From assembly GCA_903859155.1 (NCBI GenBank), contig CAIOLO010000116.1:124-64123 (forward strand): a stretch of DNA of 64,000 nucleotides, written 5' to 3'. The DNA comes from an uncultured beta proteobacterium (lineage in GTDB: Bacteria > Pseudomonadota > Gammaproteobacteria > Burkholderiales > SG8-39). Below the pieces are notes generated by a model. It worked only from the letters and a program-made list of their open reading frames with translations. It searched no databases and was not told the DNA's origin. This document shows, one piece after another, positions 28,931 to 40,562 of the stretch (positions are counted from its first letter, which is position 1; every line of letters starts with the position of its first letter). A program made the translations under genes and the position numbers.

Positions 28931-29986
28931 ATGAAAATCGCAGTGCTGCCCGGCGACGGGATCGGCAAGGAGATCGTGGCCGAGGCGCTGAAGGTGCTGC
29001 GCGCGCTGGACCTGCGGCTGGAGATGCAGGAGGCCCCGGTCGGCGGAACCGCCTACGAAGCCTGCGGCGAGCCGCTGCCCGGGGCAACGCTTGAGCTGGC
29101 CAAAGCGGCCGACGCCATTCTTTTCGGCGCTGTGGGTGACCCGCGCTTCGACGCCATCCCGCGCGACAAGCGCCCGGAGCAGGCGATTCTCGGGCTGCGC
29201 AAGGAACTGGGCCTGTTCGCCAATCTGCGGCCCGCGGTGGTCTACGCAGAGCTGGCCGATGCGTCCTCGCTGCGGCCGGAAGTGGTGGCAGGCCTGGATA
29301 TCCTCATCCTGCGCGAACTCACCGGCGACATTTATTTCGGGAAGCCGCGCGGCATCCGCAAACTGGAGTCTGGCGAGCGCGAGGGCTTCGATACCATGCG
29401 CTACAGTGAGTCCGAGGTGCGCCGCATTGCGCAGGTGGCCTTCGCCGCGGCCAGAAAGCGCGGCCGCAAGGTGTGCTCGGTGGACAAGGCCAATGTGCTG
29501 GACACCTCGCAACTGTGGCGTGAAGTGGTCACCCAGGTGGGCGGAGAATATCCGGATGTCGAGCTCTCGCACATGTATGTTGACAATGCGGCGATGCAGC
29601 TGGTGCGCAACCCCAAGCAGTTCGATGTCATCGTTACCGGCAACATGTTCGGCGACATTCTTTCGGATGAGGCCTCGATGCTGACCGGATCGATCGGCAT
29701 GCTGCCCTCGGCTTCGATGGACGAGCGCGGCAAGGGCCTGTACGAGCCGATTCATGGTTCGGCGCCGGACATCGCCGGCAAGGGTGTCGCCAATCCCCTT
29801 GCGACGATTCTGTCGGCGGCGATGATGCTGCGTTACAGCCTCGAGCAGGCGGCCGCGGCCGATCGCATCGAGGCGGCGGTAAAGAAGGTGCTGGTGCAGG
29901 GGCTGCGCACGCCTGACATATTTCAGGCGGGAACCCGCAAGGTGGGCACGCGCGAAATGGGCGACGCGGTATTGGCCGCGTTGTAG
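28931..29986 (+). CDS. leuB: 3-isopropylmalate dehydrogenase
   Basis: [32 protein letters not shown]. Confidence 0.97.
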   Translation: MKIAVLPGDGIGKEIVAEALKVLRALDLRLEMQEAPVGGTAYEACGEPLPGATLELAKAADAILFGAVGDPRFDAIPRDKRPEQAILGLRKELGLFANLRPAVVYAELADASSLRPEVVAGLDILILRELTGDIYFGKPRGIRKLESGEREGFDTMRYSESEVRRIAQVAFAAARKRGRKVCSVDKANVLDTSQLWREVVTQVGGEYPDVELSHMYVDNAAMQLVRNPKQFDVIVTGNMFGDILSDEASMLTGSIGMLPSASMDERGKGLYEPIHGSAPDIAGKGVANPLATILSAAMMLRYSLEQAAAADRIEAAVKKVLVQGLRTPDIFQAGTRKVGTREMGDAVLAAL

Positions 29987-30017
29987 CGTTGTAGATTCTC
30001 GATGTAAGGAAAAGCAG

Positions 30018-31139
30018 ATGCAAAAAACAGGCATAGTGGGCTGGCGCGGCATGGTGGGGTCAGTGCTGGTCGGGCGGATGCGCGAGGAGCGCGATTTCGA
30101 CCTCATAGACCCGGTGTTCTTCTCCACCTCCCAGGCCGGCGGCAAGGGGCCGGACATCGGCCGCGCGAGCGCTCCGGTGGGCGATGCGCGATCCATCGAG
30201 GCACTCAAGGGCATGGAGATCATCATTTCCTGCCAGGGCGGGGATTACACCAACGACATCCATCCCAAATTGCGCTCGGCAGGCTGGAACGGCTACTGGA
30301 TAGACGCCGCCTCGGCCTTGCGGATGAACAAGGACGCCGTGATCATTCTTGACCCGGTCAATCGCGATGTGATCGACGCGGCGGTCAAGCGCGGCCTCCG
30401 GGACTACATCGGCGGCAACTGTACCGTGAGCCTCATGTTGCTGGCGCTGCACGGCCTTTTCAAGGCCGATCTGGTGGAGTGGATCACCGCCATGACCTAT
30501 CAGGCGGCCTCCGGTGCCGGTGCCGAGAACATGCGCGAACTGGTTACCCAGATGGGTGCGGTGCACGGCGCGGTGCGTACCGCGCTCGACGATCCGGCGG
30601 TCGGCATACTGGAGATCGATCGCGCGGTCGCGATGACCTTGCGCGACCAGAGTTTTCCGACGAAAAACTTCGGCGGGCCGCTCGCGGGCAGCTTGCTGCC
30701 GTGGATCGACAAGGATCTTGGCAATGGCCAGAGCAAGGAGGAGTGGAAGGGCGGCGCGGAAGGCAACAAGATTCTGGGCCGTGAATCGCGGCCGACGCCG
30801 ATCGACGGGGTTTGTGTGCGCATCGGCGCTATGCGCTGCCACAGCCAGGCATTGACGCTTAAGCTCAAACGCGACCTGCCAATCGCCGAGATCGAAAAGC
30901 TGTTGGCCGGCGCGAACGACTGGGCGAAGGTTATCCCCAACCGGCGCGAGGACACGCTTGCCGAATTGACTCCGGCGCGTGTCACCGGAACACTGCAGGT
31001 GCCGGTGGGACGGTTGCGCAAGCTTGCGCTCGATGCCAGCAACACCCACCTGACGGCATTTACCGTCGGCGATCAGCTGTTATGGGGTGCCGCGGAGCCG
31101 CTGCGTCGCATGTTGCGGATTTTGCTGGGAAAACTCTAA
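30018..31139 (+). CDS. asd: Aspartate-semialdehyde dehydrogenase
   Basis: [35 protein letters not shown]. Confidence 0.97.
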   Translation: MQKTGIVGWRGMVGSVLVGRMREERDFDLIDPVFFSTSQAGGKGPDIGRASAPVGDARSIEALKGMEIIISCQGGDYTNDIHPKLRSAGWNGYWIDAASALRMNKDAVIILDPVNRDVIDAAVKRGLRDYIGGNCTVSLMLLALHGLFKADLVEWITAMTYQAASGAGAENMRELVTQMGAVHGAVRTALDDPAVGILEIDRAVAMTLRDQSFPTKNFGGPLAGSLLPWIDKDLGNGQSKEEWKGGAEGNKILGRESRPTPIDGVCVRIGAMRCHSQALTLKLKRDLPIAEIEKLLAGANDWAKVIPNRREDTLAELTPARVTGTLQVPVGRLRKLALDASNTHLTAFTVGDQLLWGAAEPLRRMLRILLGKL

Positions 31140-31346
31140 TCCGCCGACGATCAGGCCGGTGGCTTGGCTATAAATTGTGAATCCTTGAACGCGGGTGGGG
31201 CGCTGACGCGAACCACCCGGTGTCAAATCAGAATTTGTGCCAAAAAATACCGACTTAACGCAGTTTGCGAAAGAGAAGTTGAGCTTGCCATGCTAACCTC
31301 ATGATGGTATTTTAGTTTCCTTCCCTCCGATTACCTGGGTGGCAGT

Positions 31347-34268
31347 GTGGGTAACACTTTCTTCAGAAAATTTTGCATCGCGATTGTCGGCTTCGCTTTG
31401 CCGTCGTTGGCACTTGCCGCAGGTTTGGGCCGGCTGAATGTTCTATCCGGGCTGGGGCAGCCGCTCAGGGCCGAAATAGAGGTTGTGGCGTTGCAACCGG
31501 GCGAGGCAGACACGTTGGCCGCCATGCTTGCGTCGGTAGACACCTTTCGCCAGGCGAATGTGGAGTACAGCGGGGTCCTGCAGAGCATCAAGTTTTCGAT
31601 CGAACGCAGGCCCAACAACCAATACGTGATCGCGCTCATTTCGAGCCAGCCGATGAACGAGCCTTTCATCGATTTGCTGGTCGAACTTTCATGGTCTGCG
31701 GGGCGTTTGGTGCGCGAATATACGTTCCTGTTGGACCCGCCGGAACTCAAGCCAGCGGTGGCCACGCCGGCACCGCCGGTGGAACTGCCGAGCGTGGCGC
31801 CGCTCGCCCAGGAGGCTCCCAAGCCCGCCCCGGCCCCGGCTCCCGTACCTGAAGTCGTTAGGCCTGCGGTCGCGGCGCCTGCGGTCGCGGCGCCCGCCAT
31901 CGCAGCCAAGCCTGCCGCAAAGCCGGCTGCAAAACCCGCCGCTCAGTATGAGGTGAAGCGCGGCGACACACTGGGCCGGATTGCGTTGCAGAACATGGTG
32001 CCGAACGCCAGCCTTCAGCAGATGCTGGTTGCCATGTATCAGGGCAACCAGGAAGCCTTCGATGGCAAGAACATGAACCGTTTGCGTACCGGACGGATTC
32101 TGAATCTACCCGCTGCAGAGGATGTCGAGGGAATCAAGCAGAACGAAGCGATCCAGTTGGTGAGGAGGCAGTCTGCCGACTACGCCGACTATCAACGCTC
32201 CATCGGCGCTGCGGTGGCGGCAGCACCGGAACGCGCAGAAGGTACACGGCAGGCGGTCGGAAAGATCACCGCGCCGAAGGCTGAAACGCCGGCGGGCAAG
32301 GGACCGGCGACGGATCAATTGCGCCTGTCAAAACCGGATGATGCCAAGGGGACGGGTAAGGGTGCCGCTGCGGCGAAAGCGGATGATCTGGTCGCCAAGG
32401 ATAAAGCCTTGCGCGAAGCGCAAGAGCGCGTCGCATTGCTGGAAAAGAATGTGCTGGACATGCAAAAACTGCTGCAGATGAAGAGCAGCGCGGCCGCGCA
32501 GGCGCAAAAGCAGGCCGAGGCGGCCAAAGCCCCGGCCCCAGCCCCAGCCCCAGCCCCGGCCAAAGCCGACGCCAAGGCGGATAGCAAAGCTGCGCCCAAG
32601 GCTGAAGCCAAGGCTGAAGCCAAGGCTGAAGCCAAGGCCGAAACCAAGGCCGAAACCAAGGCCGACGCCGGCAAGGGTGCGGCACCGGCCGCCAAGGCGG
32701 AACCGGGCAAAGCTGCCGCAGAATCAGCCAAAGCCGCAGCGCCCGCTGCGGATACATCCAAAGCGGCCTCGCCGGAGCCGGTCAAGCCTGCCGCGGATGC
32801 TGCTGCGGCCGACGCGAACAAAGCGGCCGAACCGGCGAAACCTGCTGCGGACGCAGCAACCGCCCCTGATGTGGCCAAAGCTGCACCGAAACCGGCGCCC
32901 AAGGCGGTGGCGCCACCTCCCCCCGAGCCCCCCGGTTTTGTCGATGAACTGCTCGACAATGAATTGGCCATTGGCGGCGCGGGAGGCGTGCTGCTTCTGC
33001 TGGTGGGTTATGCTGCCTACGCATGGCAACGCAAGAAAAAAGCCGCGTCGGCCAACTATGCGGATAACTCCTCAATATCTGCGGCACCGATTGCCGTTGC
33101 CAGCATCGCTTCGAGCGTGTTGGGAGCAGACAGCGCGTCAGCGCCGGGTCAGGGTACCAGCAGCCAGGACCCCGTCGGCAAATCCGACGGGGAGGAAATA
33201 GATCCGATCGCGGAAGCCGATGTCTATATGGCCTATGGACGCGATACGCAGGCCGAGGAAATCCTCAAGGAGGCCCTCGCCAAAGATACCAATCGCACGC
33301 CGGTGTGGGTCAAGCTGCTCGAGATTTACGCCAATCGGAAGGATCTCAAGACTTTCGAGTCCACAGCGCTGGACCTGCAGACCATTACAGGGGGGCAGGG
33401 GGCCGACTGGGAAAAAGCACAGGCGCTGGGCCTGCAATTGGATCCGGGCAACACGCTCTATGGTGGAACAGGCAATGCCGACTTCGGTTCTACGCAAATT
33501 CTTCCTGGTCAGGGTCATGCGGCCGCAGACGTCGCTGAGACTGTCACCGTAGAAGCAGCCAGCCCCGCCGGAGAAGCCCCCGCCGCGACTCTGGATTTCG
33601 ACCTTGATCTGGGCGATGCGCCGGCACAGGAGGGGGCGTCCGCCGCCGTCGAGAGTCTCGACCTCGATCTTGGTGTCGCAGCGCCGGAACCGGTGGCTGG
33701 CGATGCGGCCCCAGATACCGGGAGTTCTACCCTGGATTTTGACCTCGGACTGGATGGGGATAAGCCCGCCGGCGAGGCGCCTGCCAGTGATTTCAGTCCT
33801 CAGGGAACGCTGATAATCGATTCGACGGCGACGACTGAGGCGGAGACGATGTCGGCGCCCGAGGAGAGCGGCGCAACAATCGATTTTGACCTGGGCATGG
33901 ATAGCCCGCCCCCGGCGCCCGAGGCCGAACCGGTGCCGCCTGAGGCGCCTGCCGCCGCGGATGATGGCGGCAGCACCATGGATTTCAACCTCAATCTGGA
34001 TGATCTGCCCGCCGCAGCCCCGGAAGCGCCGGCTGCCGCGGATATCGACCTGTCGGAGATCAGTCTTGACCTGGGTACCGACAACGCGGTGCCATCGGCA
34101 CCGATGGACGCAAAGTGGCAGGAAGTGGCAACCAAACTTGATTTGGCGAAAGCCTATGACGAAATGGGTGACAAAGATGGTGCCCGCGACCTTCTCAACG
34201 AGGTGGTGCTCGAGGGCGATGCCACGCAAAAACAGCAGGCGCAGACCATGCTGGATGCGCTCGGGTAA
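31347..34268 (+). CDS. fimV: FimV/HubP polar landmark protein
   Basis: AGLGRLNVLSGLGQPL, LysM (VKRGDTL), TM, EADVYMAYGR, TKLDLAKAY C-terminal domain; position after asd. Confidence 0.93.
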   Translation: MGNTFFRKFCIAIVGFALPSLALAAGLGRLNVLSGLGQPLRAEIEVVALQPGEADTLAAMLASVDTFRQANVEYSGVLQSIKFSIERRPNNQYVIALISSQPMNEPFIDLLVELSWSAGRLVREYTFLLDPPELKPAVATPAPPVELPSVAPLAQEAPKPAPAPAPVPEVVRPAVAAPAVAAPAIAAKPAAKPAAKPAAQYEVKRGDTLGRIALQNMVPNASLQQMLVAMYQGNQEAFDGKNMNRLRTGRILNLPAAEDVEGIKQNEAIQLVRRQSADYADYQRSIGAAVAAAPERAEGTRQAVGKITAPKAETPAGKGPATDQLRLSKPDDAKGTGKGAAAAKADDLVAKDKALREAQERVALLEKNVLDMQKLLQMKSSAAAQAQKQAEAAKAPAPAPAPAPAKADAKADSKAAPKAEAKAEAKAEAKAETKAETKADAGKGAAPAAKAEPGKAAAESAKAAAPAADTSKAASPEPVKPAADAAAADANKAAEPAKPAADAATAPDVAKAAPKPAPKAVAPPPPEPPGFVDELLDNELAIGGAGGVLLLLVGYAAYAWQRKKKAASANYADNSSISAAPIAVASIASSVLGADSASAPGQGTSSQDPVGKSDGEEIDPIAEADVYMAYGRDTQAEEILKEALAKDTNRTPVWVKLLEIYANRKDLKTFESTALDLQTITGGQGADWEKAQALGLQLDPGNTLYGGTGNADFGSTQILPGQGHAAADVAETVTVEAASPAGEAPAATLDFDLDLGDAPAQEGASAAVESLDLDLGVAAPEPVAGDAAPDTGSSTLDFDLGLDGDKPAGEAPASDFSPQGTLIIDSTATTEAETMSAPEESGATIDFDLGMDSPPPAPEAEPVPPEAPAAADDGGSTMDFNLNLDDLPAAAPEAPAAADIDLSEISLDLGTDNAVPSAPMDAKWQEVATKLDLAKAYDEMGDKDGARDLLNEVVLEGDATQKQQAQTMLDALG
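32598..32665 (+). repeat. 12-bp tandem repeat within fimV (KAEA/KAET units)
   Basis: AAGGCTGAAGCC x3, then AAGGCCGAAACC x2. Confidence 0.8.
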
Positions 34269-34289
34269 ATTGGCGGTTTCGCTGGACAG

Positions 34290-34322
34290 GAAAACGGCGC
34301 CATGGGCGCCGTTTTCTTATTG
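34290..34322. terminator. Probable bidirectional terminator between fimV and the enoyl-CoA hydratase gene
   Basis: GAAAACGGCGCC-ATG-GGCGCCGTTTTC-TTATT. Confidence 0.75.
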
Positions 34323-34360
34323 GAGTATTACCTTTGTGGCATCGCTGCTACCGGGCCCGC

Positions 34361-35098
34361 CTAATGCTTGTCGTGTCTCATCTCGCTCGAGGAGTTGATC
34401 ACCGAGTGCAGATTGCGCGCCAGATCCACCGCAGAGGATATATCCATGGTCAGGGCGTTCCTCACATATTCCTTGACCGCCGGCGTGGCCGCGGCGGGAG
34501 CCTTGAGCATCGCGTCGCAAAGTGTCTTGACGGCGGCATCCAGCTGCGCCTCGGGAACGACTTCGCTGACCATGCCAAAGGTGAGGGCGCGTTCCGCGTC
34601 GACAATCGCGGCCGAATAAATCAGATACATAAGGGCCTTGCGCGGCACACGATCGACCAGGGCGGACATTGCCATGGTCGGCATGATGTTGTGGCCCATT
34701 TCCGGAAACTGGAATTTGGCCGTGTCTGCGGCAATGGTGATGTCGCACAGCGCCGCCAGCGCGCAGCCAAAGCCGATGGCCCGTCCCTGGACTACGCCGA
34801 TAATCGGAATTGTGGAGCGCCGGAACGATCCATAGCATTGAAATACCGGTTCATTGGAGCGACGCAGGTCGAGGGCTTCAGGTTGTGTCGCCGGTTGCGG
34901 CCCCATGCCGGCGCGGCCGATACAGAAATCCTTGCCAGCGCCGCGCAGGACCACGAATTGCGAGGTCGATGCGGCTGCATCGAAAATGCCCGCCAGTTCG
35001 ACGGCCATGTCGTTGGACATGCCGTTGCCGGATTCCGGTCGATTGATGGTCACGCGCAGAATGGCGCCATCCTGCTGGGTCAGAATATCCTTGCTCAT
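34361..35098 (-). CDS. Enoyl-CoA hydratase/isomerase family protein
   Basis: TINRPE, GKDFCIG, AIGFGCALAALCD crotonase motifs. Confidence 0.9.
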   Translation of the reverse strand: MSKDILTQQDGAILRVTINRPESGNGMSNDMAVELAGIFDAAASTSQFVVLRGAGKDFCIGRAGMGPQPATQPEALDLRRSNEPVFQCYGSFRRSTIPIIGVVQGRAIGFGCALAALCDITIAADTAKFQFPEMGHNIMPTMAMSALVDRVPRKALMYLIYSAAIVDAERALTFGMVSEVVPEAQLDAAVKTLCDAMLKAPAAATPAVKEYVRNALTMDISSAVDLARNLHSVINSSSEMRHDKH

Positions 35099-35405
35099 TG
35101 GGCTTCCTTTTGGGTTCTGGGTAATCGCAGCCGGATGCCTGGGTGCAAACGCTCAGGCCGACTCGAGTGTCCGGCCATTTTAGGGAGCACGACTTTTTTG
35201 TCAAGGAATGCCGCACCCGCAGTCTGTGCATTTGCCGCAATCATGTCAGCATGATGCGGACGCGGTGCGCCGACTCAGAGCATTGCAATGACATTCCGGT
35301 GGAATCAGGCGATGATCGCGACCGGCAGGTGTTCCCTGATGGATCCACTACGCGGCCTGCGGGCAGGCTTTGCCGATTGCATGTGAAGGTGAAACGGAAA
35401 TCGCA

Positions 35406-36194
35406 ATGCGCTTCGTGATCGGTGTGAGCTACGATGGACGCGGCTTCGAAGGTTGGCAATCGCAGCCCTCGGGCAGAACCGTTCAGGATCACCTGGAGGC
35501 CGCCCTCAGCCAGATTGCCGCGACGCCGGTGCGCATCACCGGCGCCGGGCGCACCGATACCGGTGTGCATGCGCTGGGACAGGTGGCGCATTTCGATTGT
35601 GACGCCATACGACCTGAGGCGGCATGGGTGCGCGGGGCCAATGCAGTGCTCCCTGATGCCATCGCGGTGCAGTGGGCGATGCCGGTCGGCGCCGAGTTCA
35701 ATGCGCGTTTTTCCGCGGTTGCCCGCCGCTATGTGTACCTCCTGTATGTGCACCCGGTGCGCCCTTCTTTGCTTGCGGGCAAGGTTGGCTGGTATCACGC
35801 GTTGCTGGATATCGAGGCAATGCGCGGCGCGGCGGCAATGCTGGTGGGACGGCATGATTTTTCCGCGTTTCGCTCATCGCAGTGCCAGGCCAGGTCGCCT
35901 GTGCGGACCCTGAAAAGTTTCGACATTCGAGTGCAGGGACCGTACGTCGTCTTCGAAGTCGCGGCCGACGCATTTTTGCATCACATGGTGCGCAATCTTG
36001 TCGGCTGCCTGCTCTATATCGGCAAAGGCGCTCATCCGGCGGCATGGATCGAACAGGTGCTGGCGGGGCGCGATCGCAAACAGGCGGCACCGACCATTGC
36101 ACCCGGAGGCCTGTACCTTGCGGAGGTTTGCTACGCGGATCACTGGAAGCTGCCGGGATTCCCACGTATGATGCCGCAGCTTGAACTCAGCTGA
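35406..36194 (+). CDS. truA: tRNA pseudouridine(38-40) synthase
   Basis: YDGRGFEGWQ, AGRTDTGVHA, FLHHMVR. Confidence 0.97.
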   Translation: MRFVIGVSYDGRGFEGWQSQPSGRTVQDHLEAALSQIAATPVRITGAGRTDTGVHALGQVAHFDCDAIRPEAAWVRGANAVLPDAIAVQWAMPVGAEFNARFSAVARRYVYLLYVHPVRPSLLAGKVGWYHALLDIEAMRGAAAMLVGRHDFSAFRSSQCQARSPVRTLKSFDIRVQGPYVVFEVAADAFLHHMVRNLVGCLLYIGKGAHPAAWIEQVLAGRDRKQAAPTIAPGGLYLAEVCYADHWKLPGFPRMMPQLELS

Positions 36195-36197
36195 ACC

Positions 36198-36830
36198 ATG
36201 CGAACCCGGATCAAGATTTGCGGTATTACGCGCCCGGAAGACGCCCGCGCGGCGGTTGGGCATGGTGCCGACGCCATTGGATTCATTCAATGGCGCAGGA
36301 GTCCACGCTTCATCGAACCCGCGGCGGTCGCGGCCATTGCGCGCGGCCTGCCGCCGCTGGTGACGCCGGTTGCGGTATTCGTTAATCCTTCACGCCGGGA
36401 AGTCGAGGAGTTGCTTGCTGCGGTTCCGAGCGCGACGCTGCAGTTTCATGGCGAAGAGGATGCGCAATTCTGCGCAGCCTTCGGGCGACCCTGGATCAAG
36501 GCCGCCGGGGCGAAACCGGGCAGGGATTTGGTAAAATACTTCGCAGCATTTACCGACGCGTCGGCCTGGTTGGTCGATGCATTTCACGAAGAGCTTTATG
36601 GCGGAACCGGCAGCCGGTTTGACTGGAATCTGGTCCCCGGCAGTCCGGACAGGCCGGTCATACTTTCCGGGGGATTGGGCGCGGCTAACGTCGATGAAGC
36701 CATCAACGCCGTACACCCCTACGCGGTCGATGTTTCCAGCAGCGTGGAAACGGCGAAGGGCATCAAGGACGCCGCGCTGATCGCGGCGTTCATATTGGAG
36801 GTAAGGCGTGCAGATCAACGATCTTCCTAG
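36198..36830 (+). CDS. trpF: Phosphoribosylanthranilate isomerase
   Basis: IKICGIT, QFHG, GGTG, VDVSS. Confidence 0.96.
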   Translation: MRTRIKICGITRPEDARAAVGHGADAIGFIQWRRSPRFIEPAAVAAIARGLPPLVTPVAVFVNPSRREVEELLAAVPSATLQFHGEEDAQFCAAFGRPWIKAAGAKPGRDLVKYFAAFTDASAWLVDAFHEELYGGTGSRFDWNLVPGSPDRPVILSGGLGAANVDEAINAVHPYAVDVSSSVETAKGIKDAALIAAFILEVRRADQRSS

Positions 36831-38019
36831 CGAGTTTCCCGACCAGCACGGGCATTTCGGCAAATACGGCGGCGTGTTCGTGGCCGAAACCCTGGTGCAC
36901 GCGCTGGACGAGTTGAAGGCGGCCTACGAGCATTACCGCAGCGATCCGGAATTCATCGCGGAGTTCAATTACGAACTCAAACACTATGTCGGCCGTCCCA
37001 GTCCGGTGTACCACGCGAAACACTGGTCGGAACGGCTGGGCGGGGCCCAGATCTACCTGAAGCGCGAGGATCTCAACCACACCGGTGCGCACAAGATCAA
37101 CAACACCATTGGCCAGGCGCTGCTTGCCCGGCGCATGGGCAAGCCGCGGGTGATCGCGGAGACAGGGGCCGGCCAGCATGGCGTGGCCACGGCGACGATC
37201 GCCGCGCGCTACGGCATGGAATGCGTGGTCTACATGGGGTCGGAAGATGTCAGACGCCAGGCGGCCAATGTCTATCGCATGAAACTCCTGGGTGCGACGG
37301 TGGTGCCGGTGGAATCCGGTTCAAAGACGCTCAAGGACGCGCTCAACGAAGCCATGCGCGATTGGGTCACCAACATCCACAACACCTTTTACATCATCGG
37401 TACGGTTGCCGGCCCGCACCCGTATCCCATGATGGTGCGGGATTTTCAGACGGTGATCGGGCGCGAGTGTCGCGAGCAGATGCCGGAGATGACGGGGCGC
37501 CAGCCCGACGCGGTGATTGCCTGCGTCGGCGGCGGCTCCAATGCGATCGGGATCTTCCACGCCTACATTCCCGACAAGTCGGTAAAGCTGATTGGCGTGG
37601 AGGCGGGCGGTCACGGCATCGCCAGCGGCAGGCATGCGGCCTCGATCACCGCCGGCAAACCGGGCGTGCTGCATGGCAACCGGACCTATCTCCTGCAGGA
37701 TGCCAACGGCCAGATCATTGAAACGCATTCGATTTCCGCCGGCCTGGATTATCCGGGCGTGGGACCGGAGCATGCATGGCTCAACGACACCGGGCGCGCA
37801 GAGTACGTCGTCATCAACGACGACGAGGCGCTCGCGGCGTTTCACGATTGCTGCCATTTCGAGGGCATCATTCCGGCGCTGGAGTCGGCGCATGCGCTGG
37901 CCTATGCGGCCAAGATAGCGCCCACCCTGCCCAGGGAGAAGATTCTGCTGGTCAACCTTTCCGGCCGCGGCGACAAGGACATGCAAACCGTGGCGGAAGA
38001 ATCAGGGTTGAAGCTTTGA
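36808..38019 (+). CDS. trpB: Tryptophan synthase beta chain
   Basis: [37 protein letters not shown]. Confidence 0.98.
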   Translation: MQINDLPSEFPDQHGHFGKYGGVFVAETLVHALDELKAAYEHYRSDPEFIAEFNYELKHYVGRPSPVYHAKHWSERLGGAQIYLKREDLNHTGAHKINNTIGQALLARRMGKPRVIAETGAGQHGVATATIAARYGMECVVYMGSEDVRRQAANVYRMKLLGATVVPVESGSKTLKDALNEAMRDWVTNIHNTFYIIGTVAGPHPYPMMVRDFQTVIGRECREQMPEMTGRQPDAVIACVGGGSNAIGIFHAYIPDKSVKLIGVEAGGHGIASGRHAASITAGKPGVLHGNRTYLLQDANGQIIETHSISAGLDYPGVGPEHAWLNDTGRAEYVVINDDEALAAFHDCCHFEGIIPALESAHALAYAAKIAPTLPREKILLVNLSGRGDKDMQTVAEESGLKL

Positions 38020-38825
38020 GCAGCCGGATCGCGCTGCATCACGCTGATTTTCTGGAAGGCGTCGACCGGATTGCGGATGGCGCGGTGGACCTGGCGATCG
38101 TCGATCCGCCCTACGGCCTGGGCAAGGACTACGGCAACGACTCGGACTGTATCGCCGCCCATGAGTACCTGGATTTCAGCAAGCGCTGGATCGACGCGCT
38201 GCTCCCCAAACTGGCCGCCGACGGCAGCCTGTACGTGTTCCTCACCTGGCAGCACAGCCCGGAGGTTTTCAGTTACCTGAAGACGCACCTCCACATGATC
38301 AATGAGATCATCTGGGACAGGCGCGTGCCCAGCATGGGCGGCAGCACCCGGAAGTTTTCCTCGGTGCACGACACCATTGGATTTTTTGCGCGATCACGGC
38401 GCTACCACTTCGATATCGACAGCATACGGATCGCCTACGATCCCGAAACGAAAAAAGCGCGCTCGCGCTCGATTTTTGTCGGCAAGAAGTGGCTGGAAAT
38501 CGGCTACAACCCCAAAGACGTCTGGAGCGTGGCGCGCCTGCACCGGCAGGATCCCGAGCGCGTGGACCATCCGACACAGAAGCCGCTCGCGCTCATCGAG
38601 CGCATGGTGCGCGCGAGTTGCCCCTCAGGAGGGTTGGTGCTCGACCCCTTCATGGGCAGCGGCACGACCGCGGTCGCGGCTGCGCGCCTGGGTCGCCGCT
38701 TCGCGGGATTCGAGATCAATCCCGATTATCTGGCCACCGCCAGGCAGAGGCTTGAACCGGCGGTGCCGGGCGCCGATCCGGCGCCGGCCCAAGATGCACA
38801 GGAACTCAAGGAGGCGGCAATCTGA
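38016..38825 (+). CDS. Orphan beta-class amino (N6/N4) DNA methyltransferase
   Basis: [19 protein letters not shown]; TTG start overlaps the trpB stop and its stop overlaps the trpA start. Confidence 0.92.
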   Translation: MSSRIALHHADFLEGVDRIADGAVDLAIVDPPYGLGKDYGNDSDCIAAHEYLDFSKRWIDALLPKLAADGSLYVFLTWQHSPEVFSYLKTHLHMINEIIWDRRVPSMGGSTRKFSSVHDTIGFFARSRRYHFDIDSIRIAYDPETKKARSRSIFVGKKWLEIGYNPKDVWSVARLHRQDPERVDHPTQKPLALIERMVRASCPSGGLVLDPFMGSGTTAVAAARLGRRFAGFEINPDYLATARQRLEPAVPGADPAPAQDAQELKEAAI

Positions 38826-39637
38826 TGTCCCGTATTTCGCAAACCTTCACGCGTCTCGCGACGAGCGGCCGCAAGGCGCTGATCCCCTATTTCACAGCCG
38901 GAGACCCGGACCCCGCGTTGACCGTACCTCTCATGCATGCTGCGGTGGCGGGCGGTGCCGACATACTTGAACTGGGGGTGCCGTTCTCGGACCCGATGGC
39001 CGACGGTCCGGTCATCCAGCGCGCCATCGAGCGTGCCCTCGCGAAGGGCGTGGGGCTGCCACAGGTGCTGGACATGGTGAGCGAGTTTCGCCAGACCGAC
39101 CGCAATACGCCGGTGGTTCTGATGGGGTATGCAAATCCCATTGAGGCCATGGGGGCCGAAAACTTCGTGCGTGCTGCGCGGACCGCTGAAGTCGACGGCC
39201 TGATCGTCGTCGACTACCCCCCGGAGGAATGCGCGGTGCTGGCTGATCTGTTGCGCGAAAATTCCCTGGACCTGATTTTTCTTATCGCGCCGACCTCGAC
39301 CGATGAGCGTATCGGGCAGATCGCCAGCCTGGCGACGGGCTATGTGTATTACGTTTCGCTGCGCGGCGTGACCGGCGCAGCCAACCTCGATCTGGCAGAG
39401 GTCGAATCCCGTTTGCGCAAGATCAGGTCATGCACCGCACTGCCCATCGGCGTCGGATTCGGCATTCGCGACGGTGCCACGGCGCGCGCCATTGCACAGG
39501 TTGCCGACGCGGTGATCATCGGCAGCCGGGTAATACAGGAAATCGAGGCATCGCCCGGAAACGAGGCGCCGAAGGTGAAAGCGCTGCTGGGTGAGATCCG
39601 CACCGCCATGGACAGCCGCCAGGTAACGAGTCCTTAA
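38825..39637 (+). CDS. trpA: Tryptophan synthase alpha chain
   Basis: [32 protein letters not shown]. Confidence 0.98.
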   Translation: MSRISQTFTRLATSGRKALIPYFTAGDPDPALTVPLMHAAVAGGADILELGVPFSDPMADGPVIQRAIERALAKGVGLPQVLDMVSEFRQTDRNTPVVLMGYANPIEAMGAENFVRAARTAEVDGLIVVDYPPEECAVLADLLRENSLDLIFLIAPTSTDERIGQIASLATGYVYYVSLRGVTGAANLDLAEVESRLRKIRSCTALPIGVGFGIRDGATARAIAQVADAVIIGSRVIQEIEASPGNEAPKVKALLGEIRTAMDSRQVTSP

Positions 39638-39640
39638 GCA

Positions 39641-40507
39641 ATGAGCTGGCTGCAAAAACTTCTGCCCCCCAAGATCAACCGCGCTGCCGGGCACAAGCGC
39701 ATGGCCGTCCCCGAGGGGCTCTGGTCAAAATGTCCCTCCTGTTCCGGGGTTTTGTATGTCACGGACCTGGAGTCCAATGCCAATGTCTGTCCCAAGTGCG
39801 GCTACCACAACCGGCTCTCCGCCCGCGCCCGACTGGACATGCTGCTCGATGCAGAGGGGCGCTTCGAGATAGGCGCGGAGGTGGTTTCTGTGGACACGCT
39901 CAAGTTCAAGGACAGCAAGCGTTATTCCGACCGCCTCGAGGCTGCAGCGGAAAGCACCGGCGAAACCGATGCCCTGGTGGTGATGCAGGGCGCGATCAAG
40001 ACGGTGCCGGTGGTGGTGGCGGCTTTCGAATTCGAATTCATGGGCGGTTCAATGGGCTCGGTTGTCGGGGAGCGCTTCGTGCGAGGCGTGCATGTCTGCC
40101 TCGAGCAGGACCTGCCGCTGGTGTGTTTCGCCGCATCCGGGGGCGCGCGCATGCAGGAGGGGCTGTTTTCGCTTTTGCAGATGGCGAAAACCACCGCCGC
40201 CCTGACCCGCCTTGCGGCGCGCAAGTTGCCATTCATTTCGGTGCTTACGGATCCGACCATGGGCGGGGTATCGGCCAGTTTTGCAATGATCGGTGATGTG
40301 GTCATCGCCGAACCCAGGGCTTTGATCGGTTTTGCCGGCCCCAGGGTTATCGAGCAGACAGTCAGGGAAAAGCTGCCCGAGGGCTTTCAACGCGCCGAGT
40401 TCCTGCTGGACAAGGGCGCGATCGACATGATCGTCGACCGGCGCCAGTTGCGCGACCGATTGGTTTCGTTGCTGACCCTGCTGATGAAGCAACCTGCCGT
40501 GGCTTGA
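39641..40507 (+). CDS. accD: Acetyl-CoA carboxylase carboxyltransferase beta
   Basis: CPSC...CPKC zinc finger, [30 protein letters not shown]. Confidence 0.97.
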   Translation: MSWLQKLLPPKINRAAGHKRMAVPEGLWSKCPSCSGVLYVTDLESNANVCPKCGYHNRLSARARLDMLLDAEGRFEIGAEVVSVDTLKFKDSKRYSDRLEAAAESTGETDALVVMQGAIKTVPVVVAAFEFEFMGGSMGSVVGERFVRGVHVCLEQDLPLVCFAASGGARMQEGLFSLLQMAKTTAALTRLAARKLPFISVLTDPTMGGVSASFAMIGDVVIAEPRALIGFAGPRVIEQTVREKLPEGFQRAEFLLDKGAIDMIVDRRQLRDRLVSLLTLLMKQPAVA

Positions 40508-40562
40508 TGCCGCGTTTTGATCAACACGCGTTGTACCTGTTTTGCGCAGTCAGGGCTTTTCC

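Noticed and set aside
32530-32665. Short tandem repeats in fimV (also in dedD and the TPR gene) as a CRISPR or contingency locus
   Set aside because: In-frame low-complexity linkers (PA, KAEA, VP) with no unique spacers
34361-35098. Enoyl-CoA hydratase interrupting fimV-truA as a mobile insertion
   Set aside because: No flanking repeats or mobility genes; ordinary lineage-specific gene content
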